From: Octopus vulgaris
Taxonomy: Eukaryota
Length of the DNA stretch: 64,000 nucleotides
Reading direction: 5' to 3'
NCBI GenBank assembly: GCA_951406725.2
Contig: OX597818.1
Span: 3,410,001 to 3,474,000, forward strand
The position numbers and the translations under genes were made by a program. The notes under the pieces were generated by a model that worked only from the letters and a program-made list of their open reading frames with translations, was not told where the DNA came from and did no database searches. This document shows, piece after piece, positions 50,300 to 61,306 of the stretch (its first letter is position 1; each line of letters begins with the position of its first letter).

Positions 50300-53200
50300 T
50301 ATCAGGGTTACCTGGTGTTACTCGGGAGCCAACTGCAATATGACACTGTTTTGCCATGTTAAATACATTTTTGCATTTCATTTTCAGAATTCCTATTTTC
50401 GGCCCATGTCCTTTCACCCCTTAATTGTGTTATGTGCTTATCTTATTAACTATTTATTCTAAATTTAGAACTTCCTTACAAATAGTGTTACTTGTTTTTC
50501 CAGAAGGAGCATATGTAAAAAGATTGCGTGGACTTCCAACTCTTGTACATGCTACATACAGTTGCCCATGAGAAAAAACAATTTTCTTCGAGTTGTAGCC
50601 CAGCAACAGATAACACTTGTCCCTGTGATTTATTTATAAACATAACAGAGCTGAGTTTCACTGAAAATTGTAGCCTTTTGAATACAAAAGATATTTCTGT
50701 GTCAGATGGACTCAAAGGTATTCTCAGTATAAGTGCCTCCTCTCCCATAAAACACACAATCAAAGTAGTAGCTTGAATAATATGATGTATTAACTTTTTA
50801 ACTACCAGTCTAGTAACATTATACAACCGAGGCTGATCAAGGTTCTGTAGTAGCATGAGAAGTCAGTGAGATGGAAGCCCAGAAGGTTCCAAAGAATTTA
50901 AGAATTCAACAAGACAACTGACAGCCTCTGCAGGATCTGGAACTGAATCTGTAGATTTGTAGGTCAGTGTATTTCCTGAAATGCAGTCCAATAACTTATT
51001 TTTTATGGTGTTGACTGATATTTTTTGGCGCAAGTAATGCCCTTTCACTTAAGTACTTATGGTTTTGTTGGCGGTCTTAAAAACTTGGAAAAACACTTAT
51101 TAGTTCATCGAGAAATGAAACTGATATACTAATTGGAGATATATTTAAGCAATTATTTTCATCTTGGGGTACCCTACCTTCTCCAAGTTTCCATCAATTT
51201 TGAGCAAATTATTCAGTCAAAACACCGTCCGAAAGAATGGTTCTCATGTTCTTAGGCTCACTTTTGTTACATGTCTCCACAAATAGGAGGACTTCAAGCA
51301 TGCTGTTAACTTATCTGCCTTAGTGCCCTTTGGAATTACAGGCAAAGTCTGACGAAATCTCCTGAGAGTACAGTGGTAACCCCACCAATTAATAATTTAG
51401 AATTTCTTAAACCTTGCAAGCTTCAATTCAGAGCTTCCAAAGACTTTTTGTTGGCCATCGTACATTCATCCCAAATAATGAGATGATACTCCTTTAGTAT
51501 CTGTCCCATTACAGATGTTTTCATAAAATTACAAACTAGTGTCCTAATGCTAGCTATATTCAAGGGCAATTTGAAAGTAGAGTGAGCTGTTCTTCCTCCT
51601 GGGAGTAAAGTAGCAGCAATACCTGAAGAAGCATCAGACAAAGCTATTTTTTTCTTTTGTCGCATTTTGACAAATGTTTTGCCAGTTCCTGCAAGAGCAT
51701 CAAGAAAAAAGCCCTCCTATTTGATCAAAAACTTTTTCTAGTATATCTTGTAAGGTCTTCCTTACAAGGAATGGTATGAGGAAGTCCATACTCATACAAT
51801 TCATTACCTTTCATAGAAACAACTTTGCCTTCAATGGCAATTAATGCGGCATTGTAGATTTCATCACTGATTTTTTAATTTTGTGCCAGGACATTGTAAT
51901 TGAATTTGGTACTTGTAATCTGCAAGATAATTTCTCTATCTTAGCCATGTTGATCCTGAATCTCCTAAATCACAGTATTTAAGGAGAATGGCAAACAGTG
52001 TTCTTAAATTGCCTCCTGTGCAAGACACAGAAGCCTCTGACATAACTGCCATCCAATGACGGTCATCCTGTAACAAACCTAACCTAAAAGCTGCTTCTCC
52101 ATTCGAAGCACAAACGTAACCATCAACAGTTCGAATGTCGATAAAAGATATGGCACCACGAATTTCATGGAGAAGCAAAAGTAAAAACATTCCTGCTGAG
52201 TTGGATGTCCCAGAACATTGTCAAATCGGATATCAGGATAACCATCAACCTCAGTGCCTCTTTTTCTGTGATTCCATTGTTTGTTGTTCCATGTATAATA
52301 TAATGGTAATTGATAGTACAACAGGGTTTTAGCGAAAGAATCTTTCTGGCAAAATTCTGGCAAAATTCTGCTGCAAATATACCGCCCCATTTGGAAGTGT
52401 GTCACTTCATCTTGAAATGTCTGTCGAACATTGCAGCATCAGAACCCTTATTGACATATTTACAAATGTACTTTATAGAATTGCAATAGTCAATATGAGC
52501 ATTGAATGTCTTAGACAAAAGAGGGCAGTAAGGCACTTTCCATTGATTACCACCAATTGTATGGTGACAAATTTTTGTTTCAAAACCTTCTTCTGTATGA
52601 TGGATATCCATCATACAGTGGTGCCCTTCTTCTGTATGATGGATATCCATTATTACCCATTTGCGTTTCTTTAATGAAATTTTTAGAATAATGTTTCGTA
52701 CACTTCTTGTTTCGTACACTTCAACGCAAAGTGCAGTTGGGTTGAGGTCACCACAAGGGCCATGAATCATGTTCGATTTTACAATGTCATAAAGTTCTTT
52801 GTTTTTCGTAGGGTTTGGAATTTCTGCTGAGATTGTGGAATCAATTTCATCAGTCTGAATTTTCTGCAAAACCCAGATTAATATATGTGTGAGAGGTAGG
52901 CCTTTTTTTGCCATACAGTGGTATACATGTCGCATCGTACTGGTCAAAATATGTAAGACTTAATTATGAAGTCCATCAATTTCGAAATGTTGAGATAAAA
53001 AACTCTTGCAATTAGGTCGTGTCTGTTGATGTATAACTGTAATAGAAAAAGTTCAGTTTGGATTTCATTCCATTTGGGATTGCAAGTAAAAGTGATGCTC
53101 ATAAGTCATGGCATCCTGCGTCCTCTCGTTCACATATTTTGGGCTTCCTGTAAAACTGGTTGGGAGAATACAAAGTTGTCCAAGCCCTGTCCCAGCAATA

Positions 53201-54900
53201 TCATTGTTAATACCATCTTGTAAATGCACATACGATTCTGAATGTAGTTCTTTTTGGTGCATTTTTATGTAGCACAACCTCTCCGACTCTATTTTGGTAT
53301 ACATACCAACAACATACAAGTAAAAAAGATCTTGACAATAGTTAAGATGATTAAACGAATTACTTTGAATTATCAATCGATGAACATAATAATCCATACA
53401 TGATACAGTACTTTTGGAAGTGATTCCTCCAACTTGTGGTATACCAAACTGCCATCCATTAGCAAAAGCAAAGGATAGTGTAATGCATCATATGAACGAT
53501 GAGTTTTAATTATGAACGTGATACTATTGTCACGATATTTCAAAACAATATTCTGTTTACCATGTTGTTTTCCAACCATAATAATAACCACTTCATTACA
53601 CTCAGGAACTCTGAATCGAAGGACATGTTCTTCAGCTGGTCTTTTGTTCGCATTGATGACAACATGAAAGTCTGCAGTTGAAGTATATTCTAAAGTATCT
53701 CACATAAGAATTCTTTTCGTGAAGCATTTCTGGCAGCTTAAAAATAAGTTCTAATCTTGTACCCGAACAATTCTCGCTGCGACACTGTGCTTCTTTTTGA
53801 ATGTCTCCTATAAAATATATTTGAATAAATTGTGAATCTTTATTCTGTAAAGGTTTAAGAGAGCCAATTCTGTGATAAATTTGTCCTTGCACTTTAAAAG
53901 TCGGCATAAACTCACTTTCCCTAATAATTTTTGCCTCAAATGATGTCATTTGAAAAGCACAAATGTATGCTCAAATATTTCTAAGAAAGTGTTTTGATTC
54001 TGAAGTGGTACCCAAAAGAGGATGTTTTATAAGTTCTGGAGGCTCAATTGTTTGTAAATGGACATACCTAATGATTTCTTCTCCCACTTCCTAGGACCAC
54101 ACTTTTCACATGTTTTGCATGTTTTGCAAGGAGACAATTTTTTCATATGCATAATCACGATTAGGATCATAATGAAATGCTACACCTTGCCATTGAAATC
54201 CTCTATACTTTTTCTGCTGTTTTTTTCTGGAAAGTTTTCTCCTTTTTAGTCGTAATTTCAGGTCACTTTCACTTTGTTTTCTATTTATTCTACCTTTTAC
54301 TCTCTCTTTTGCAATCGTATTTCTTTTTTTTATTTTCTTGTATTCTTTTATTTCTATAATTTCCCTTCTTTCTCTGCAATTTTATTTCCCTGTCTTTATC
54401 AGCTTCTTGTTCTCTTGTCCTCCTCTCATATTCCCTCATCTTTCACAACCTAACTTTCCGATGGATTTTACTTTCTTCCACAATTTTCATATTAAGTGTT
54501 TGAATTCTCATTCTTTTGACTTTCTTACTGTCTTATGATAATTCATTTCCTTCTCCATTTATTTCATGCTCATGATTGTTTACGAGAAAGAGAGCATCAT
54601 AGTGGCTGTTGTCAATTTCGCCACTATATAACACTGCTATCTTCCTTTCTGTAAGTTTGACCGCAAATGGTGAAAAGAAGAAGAATTTCATCGCCATTTT
54701 TGTGATAGACCTGAATTGCAACATTGTACAATTCACTAATAGAAGCTCATTCAACATTACCACCACATGTTCCGTCCCTACTCATGTATGCTTGGTATTC
54801 CTGCATTGTATTATTAGGAATAAAAGAATGAAAATATTTCCAATTATTGTATATGGGAACTTAAATCCCAACGAATTAAGTATGATTTAAAGTGGGAGAT
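50300..54900 (-). mobile_element. Autonomous-type Helitron remnant: OTU-like domain, charged repeat, Zn finger, Rep (HUH) and Pif1 helicase
   Basis: IAVLYSG...HYDAL (54533-54766); MTSF...FKVQGQIYHRIGSL; SYDALHYPLL; GSPKY...QDAM; LTHILIW, MIHGPCG, KYICKYVNKGSD; ASSGIAATLLPGGRTAHSTFKLP, IIWDECTM, INKSQGQ. Decayed 3' hairpin at ~50305-50326. Confidence 0.92.
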
Positions 54901-56065
54901 AATTTGCAAGGCAAAATCATATAGTATAGGTAGTATTCCTGTTTTTAATGTTCTAGTGGATTTAAAGAAATAATATTTAATAATCATAATAAATTAGTTA
55001 ATTCATTGAACGAGCGTAAAATTAAATGTAGACACAAATTACTTTACTTATATAATAAATTTTTAGATAAATAGCGATTATATTTAAACCCTATTTTGTT
55101 TCTAATTTGTAGTTATAATTTGTACTAGTATTAAATCTATAATTTAGCATGTAATTATATATTGTATATTACATAATTTAATAAGTCTAAATTAAATATT
55201 TATTATTAAATAAATAAATGAATTAATTAATGAAAGTAGTGATGTGGTTGTATTTCTGTAGGGTGTTTTGAATATAAGTCAATAAGAGTTAGTAAAGGTT
55301 TTTTTAAATACTTAGTGTTAGATTATATTTAAATGTTTATTTAATTACTACATATATAATTTATTTAATGAATATAGATTAAAAGATAGTTATTTCATTA
55401 TTTGTTTGTTGTTATTGTTGTGTTTGATATTGTTATTATTATTATGCTTATTATATGTGTACTAAAATTAAGAGTATTAAGTATATATATATATATATAT
55501 ATATATTGGTAATAGTTTTAGTAACGTTAAATAAATAATTTTGAATATGTAGTAAAATTTTTTTTCTTTATGCACTATTTATCTATAATGATAATACGTA
55601 CTTTATTTATTCAGTTAATGAGCGAAGTATTTGATCTAAATATAAATTGCTTTATTTATATAATAAGTTTAATTTATTATTTTAAGATTTGTTTTGAATA
55701 TTAATTTGATATATAATATATATTTGTTATAAATGACAATCTAGTTTATAGTTTGTAATAATATTTTTTATATATTAGTCAAAATGTATTTGTATCATAT
55801 ATTTCGATCTAGATTTATTTAGATGTTTATTTAATTAATAAATATAATTTATTAATGAATATTAATTACATTATAGTTTTTAAATTAACGTAAGTTTATT
55901 AAATTAGTGGTTATAATATAGATACTGACTGAATTAGTACTAAGTTTATATAGAATAGGTCTAAAAGTTGTTTTGTTTAAATAAATATGTTTAAATATAT
56001 ATATAAATAAATAAATAAATAAATATATAAATAAATTTGTTTAAATATATATATATATATATTTA
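54900..56065. other. Extremely AT-rich, C-poor segment with a dispersed ~55-bp repeat
   Basis: Composition by eye; 55320-55376 resembles 55810-55862. Confidence 0.7.
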
Positions 56066-56459
56066 CTCAGCCCCTCAATCTCCCTAAATATATAGACGCG
56101 AACATTAGAAGTATAGTCGCAATTAGTTTAGTTTAGAAGAAAACGTTTGTAGCTTCGGACAGGTATATATTTATAATTTACATCCTGTTAATAATCTTTC
56201 ATTTTCTATTTCCGCTTCGTAACCTCCTCTCTTTCTTGTCTTTCTCTCTCTGTCTCTTCACTTCTCTCTATCACACCATCTTTCTTCTCTCAGGCGCTCA
56301 ATCTTTCTAACCCCTTTTCATTTATTTATTTTCCCGTAATTCAATGTAAGGGCCATTCTCTGTTTACTTTCTTTAATAATCTTTCGGTTTCTGTTTCAGC
56401 TCCGTTACATCTCTCTAAAATTATTCAATTTTAGATAGGCATATATTTATTTGTTACTT

Positions 56460-56496
<37 letters not shown>

Positions 56497-56509
56497 TCTT
56501 TACTCTTTA

Positions 56510-56880
56510 CTCTTTTACTTGTTTCAGTCATTTGACTGCGGCCATGCTGGAGCACCGCCTTTAGTCGAGCAAATCAACCCCGGGACTTATTCTTTGTAAG
56601 CCCAGTACTTATTCTATCGGTCTCTTTTGCCGAACCGCTAAGTGACGGGGACGTAAACACACCAGCATCGGTTGTCAAGCAATGCTAGGGGGACAAACAT
56701 GACACACAAACATATACACACACACTTATATATATATATACATATATACGACAGGCTTCTTTCAGTTTCCGTCTACCAAATCCACTCACAAGGCATTGGT
56801 CGGCCCGGGGCTATAGCAGAAGACACTTGCCCAAGATGCCACGCAGTGGGACTGAACCCGGAACCATGTGGTTGGTTAGC
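56510..56880 (-). mobile_element. tRNA-derived SINE (family 1), near full length
   Basis: B box GGTTCAGTCCC, central (TA/TG)n, 3' end CCAGCATGGCCGCAGTCAAATGACTGAAAC and (GAGTAAA)n tail. Confidence 0.9.
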
Positions 56881-57120
56881 ATATATATATATATATATGT
56901 GTGTGTATGTGTGTGTGTTTGTGTGTCTGTATTTGTCCCCCTAGCATTGCTTGACAACCGATGCTGGTGTGTTTATGTCCTCGTCACTTAGCGGTTCGGA
57001 AAAAAGAGACCGATAGAATAAGTACTGGGCTTACAAAGAATAAGTCCCGGGATCGATTTGCTCGACTAAAGGTGGTACTCCAGCATGGCCGCAGTCAAAT
57101 GACTGAAACAAGTAAAAGAG
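56881..57120 (+). mobile_element. 3' half of SINE family 1, inverted relative to its neighbour
   Basis: 56932-57120 is a near-exact reverse complement of 56510-56697. Confidence 0.9.
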
Positions 57121-60100
57121 TCATAAGATCTCACATTGGCACGCTTGATGCCATCTTTGACAACGGACAAAGTAAAGATGGCAAGGATGGAGGCGCGTGT
57201 GCTGATGAAAGATGTCACCCCCACTTGGTAGACACCCAGGACAGCAACAAAGAAGATTCAGGTGAGAAACCTGCCCGGGAAGTACAAGTGCTCCTACCAG
57301 CACCAAAAGCCAAAGCCAAAACCATGGAGATGAAAGAGCCAAAAAAGAAATAAAAGGAGGAAAAACTAAAAGAAAAACAAAAGAGGAAACAGCCAAAGAA
57401 GGAAAAACTAAAACTCAAACAAAACCAAAAGATGAAACAGCCAAGGACAGAAGCAAACCTGACTATCCATGTACCAAAAAGGATAGAAACAGACAGCGCA
57501 CACGAATGTGTAAATTCCACCTGAAAGGTGTCTGCTTGCATGGAGAGGAAGGTGCAGGCTGCTATTTTGCACATCAAAGACCCTGCCACATAAACATGAA
57601 ACAGGTCAGAAACCAACAACCGAAAGGGAAAGGAATGGACCACGCACCACAAACCGCCAACATGTTATTGAAAGGGCAGCTGCTGAACAAGAATCTTTTT
57701 TGTGTATGGCACAAAAGATTGTACAGCAGCTAACCTGGCTCCATCAAACTCAAACTCACAGATGGGACTATCGACAATACACAAGACCGCCACAGCAAAT
57801 AAACCCAAGGTGGACACCACCGGCAACAGTATACACCTCACCTCGATGCTCCTACTGAACATCAGAGGACTACTAACACTCAGTAATAGGACAAAAATCC
57901 CGTTCTTGAGAGACTTTGTTGCATGCAATCAAGCCTTATGCATAGCACTTACGGAAACACACCTGAAACCAGATATAGCAGATGCGGAATTACACATACC
58001 GACAGAAAAGAAAGGAGTCATGGAGGAGTTGCTATGTACACCCGTGAGGACCTCACACCCCAGGTCCTTTTGTCATACTCAAATTCGGTGTGTGACACAC
58101 TAATTGTACATATGAGGCAACTTGGTGTAGTTATATGCGCTACATATCGCCCTCCAGATGCCCCAAGCCATGTAGGCAAGTTTGAAGACTGCCTTATAAA
58201 AATAGAGGTTCTAGTCACATTAGAACACATAAGTGTACTTCTTATGGGAGACTTCAATCTACCCAATGTCAGATGGCCCGAGGGCCTTTCTCTCCCAGGA
58301 ATGACACGATGTGAACGAGGACAGGCGAGGTCCCTCCTGAACCTCATCAACACTCTGTACATGGAACAAGTAATACTCCAACCAACCGGGGCAGGTAACA
58401 TACTGGATCTCTGCTTCACAAATAATATGGATCCCATCCATAATGTGAAAGTGACACCGACACTACTCTCGGATCACAACATGGTAGAGCTGACCATGTA
58501 CGGGCCAAAGGAAAGCATGGACATGCAGCCTACAAGAAACCCTCAGAATCTTTCCAGCTTGAACTACCATAAGCAAACTGGAAACAAATTGAGAAAGAGA
58601 TCTTCAAACAAAACTGGCCTGAATGTCTATCCTCGCCAGACATCGACATGAAACTTCAACAATTCATGTCTGTAATGCAAGCCATATGCTACAAATGTAT
58701 CCCAGAGAGAAAGACCACTGTACACAAGAACAAAATCCCCAGGGGGAGGAAAATTCTAATGAGACGGCGTACAAAAATTTCAAATCGCCTAAACAAACAG
58801 ATTGAAAGCAGTGAAAAGTTCTGCCTGAAAATGAAACTGTTGGAAATTGAAAAATGTCTGCAACTCTCCCATGAAAAAGAAAGAGCAGACAAAGAAGCCT
58901 GGGCTATAGAAAACATAAAATCTAACCCCAGAGCTTTCTACAGGTATGCCAAAGAAACAGCTACGGTGCACTGTAGAATAGGGCCACTCCTTGAAAAGGA
59001 TGGCACACTCACAGGAAATCCAATGAGGGTAAGTGAAATACTAAATGAGCAATTCAAGAGTATTTTCACTCCACCCCTTGGGCATTTTCAAGTCAGCAAT
59101 CCAACTGACTTCTTAACCACTGCAGATATAAAATCAGAGGCAGCGATGATTGATTGCATCAGTATAAAGGAAGACGATGTAATAGAGGCTATAGTTGAAA
59201 TGAAAACAAACTCAGCTACTGGCCCCGATGGATTCCCAGCAATCCTTCTAAAAGTATGTAAGAGAGTCCTAGCAAGACCACTGCAGTTCCTCTTTCAGAG
59301 CTTCCTTGCAGCTGGCAAACTTCCAAGAAAACTGAAGGAAGGTAAAATATGCCCTATTCATAAAGGAGGTAGCAGAGCGGAGGCCAAGAACTACAGACCT
59401 ATCTCTCTGACCTCACACATCAGCAAGGTCATGGAACAAATAGTCAGAAGGAAACGAATCGCCTTCCTTGAAGAGAATGACTTGCTGTCTGACACCCAAC
59501 ATGGTTTCCGACCAGGAAGAAGCTGCTTTACTCAACTCCTACAACACTATGACTGGGTGCTGAAACGACTTCTCAACCACTCAAATGTGGAAGTGATATA
59601 TCTCGACTTTGCAAAGGCCTTTGATAAAGTCGATCATGGAATAATATGTCACAAACTGCGTGATCTTGGCATAGTTGGAAAATTGGGAGAATGGCTTCAT
59701 GACTTTCTGAAGAATAGAAGTCAGGTGGTAGTAGCCAATGGGGCCACTTCCATTAACATGCAAATAGTGAGCAGTGTTCCGCAAGGCACTGTTCTGGGAC
59801 CACTACTGTTCATAATGGCCCTCTCAGACATATCCTCAGCCACGCTGAGAGCCACGATCACAAGTTATGCAGATGATACAAAAGTTTCACAGGCAATACA
59901 GAACCCTGAAAACACTAAGCACCTGCAATGTGAGCTGGACAAAATATACAAGTTGGCTGAAAAGAATAGCATGCTGAAGAGTTTCAAGCTTTATACTATC
60001 AGCATGCAAAACTAAATGCAATGCCCAATAAATACACTGGACCTGGAGGGATTGCAATCCCAGAGGCACAATCAGTGCGAGACCTGGGTATTTACATGAG

Positions 60101-60860
60101 TGATGATGCAACATTTCATGTGCAAGTTGCTAAATTGGCAATGAAATGTAGACGGCTGGCCGGATGGATTCTTAGAACCTTTAGAACAAGAGACTAGGAA
60201 ACCATGATGGTCCTCTGGAGGACACTTGTCCTAAGCCACTTTGACTATTGCTCTCAGCTATGGTCACCATCCAGTGTCAAGTTAATCACAGAACTTGAGG
60301 CGATCCAACGAAGCTACACGAAGAAGATAGCCTCTGTGTAGCATATAAGCTATTGGGAAAGACTCAAGAGATTGAGACTCTATTCCTTAGAGCGTAGGCG
60401 AGAAAGATATGCCATAATATACATCTGGAAGATCCTAGAAGAACTTGTCCCAAACTTTGGCATCGAGAGTTACACAAATGCCAGAACTGGGCGCCACTGC
60501 ATAGTGCCAAGGACTCCAAATTTGCCATTAAGATGTAGGACAAGATACTGTGATAGCCTGGGCTTCCGAGGCCCACAGCTCTTCAATATCCTCCCGAAGA
60601 ACCTAAGAGACCTGCATGAGGTGGATGCAGATATCTTTAAAATGAAACTGGATCTCTTCTTGTCAGGTGTCCCAGATGAACCAACTTCACGGCAGGAGGT
60701 GCAGATGAGGGCAGCTGCATCGAACTCTCTCATGCACCAGATGACATTTGCTAAAAAGCATTCGTGAAGTAAAATCATGTAGCAACACCAAATGGCGGTG
60801 CCCCAGCATGGCCACAGCTTGTGAGCTGAAACTAAATAAAATTTAAAAAATAAAATAAAA
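57121..60860 (+). mobile_element. CR1/L2-group LINE: ORF1 remnant with CCCH finger, ORF2 APE-RT, intact 3' end
   Basis: CKFHLKGVCLHGEEGAGCYFAH; LNIRGL, LTETHL, YRPP, GDFN, LDL, SDH; YRPISLTS, QHGFRPGRSC, LDFAKAFDKVDH, VPQGTVLGP, YADDTK; LYSLERRR; A-rich tail. Several stops and frameshifts. Confidence 0.93.
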
Positions 60861-61306
60861 AGAAATATTGTGAAATTTGATTTAATACTAAGTTGAATTT
60901 TACCCTGTAAGTTTGGAGTTATACTCCCTAACAATATTATGTGCGCGCGCACGCGCGCGTGTGTGTGTGTGTGTAAATATATATTATGTCAGGTCGCTCT
61001 TGAGTGGTACTAGTAACATGTAATCCAGTACAACCTGTTGCATGGTCGGGTCGTCGGCGACTAAACTGGCAACCCCACCAGGTTTGCTTGGTGATGAGGG
61101 TGTTGTTGGAAACCCTGCGGGTGGAAAAATAAGACCCGCAAAGGGCGGATGAAATCCTGAATAGTCAAAGGCCATCCAAACAAAATGTCTGTAAATATGA
61201 ATATGTTTCTTTTTTATATGTGTATATATGCATAATTTTATTTTATATATATATATATTATTTTATATCTTTTAATTGCATATATTTTACTTTTCTTTAT
61301 ACAATA

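Noticed and set aside
36835-52650. Short tandem duplications in Helitron coding remnants (36835-36897, 38015-38085, 52586-52650)
   Set aside because: Ordinary slippage or repair scars in dead elements.
54900-56065. Definite NUMT or mitochondrial control region
   Set aside because: No recognisable mitochondrial tRNA, rRNA or protein motif; kept only as an untested option.
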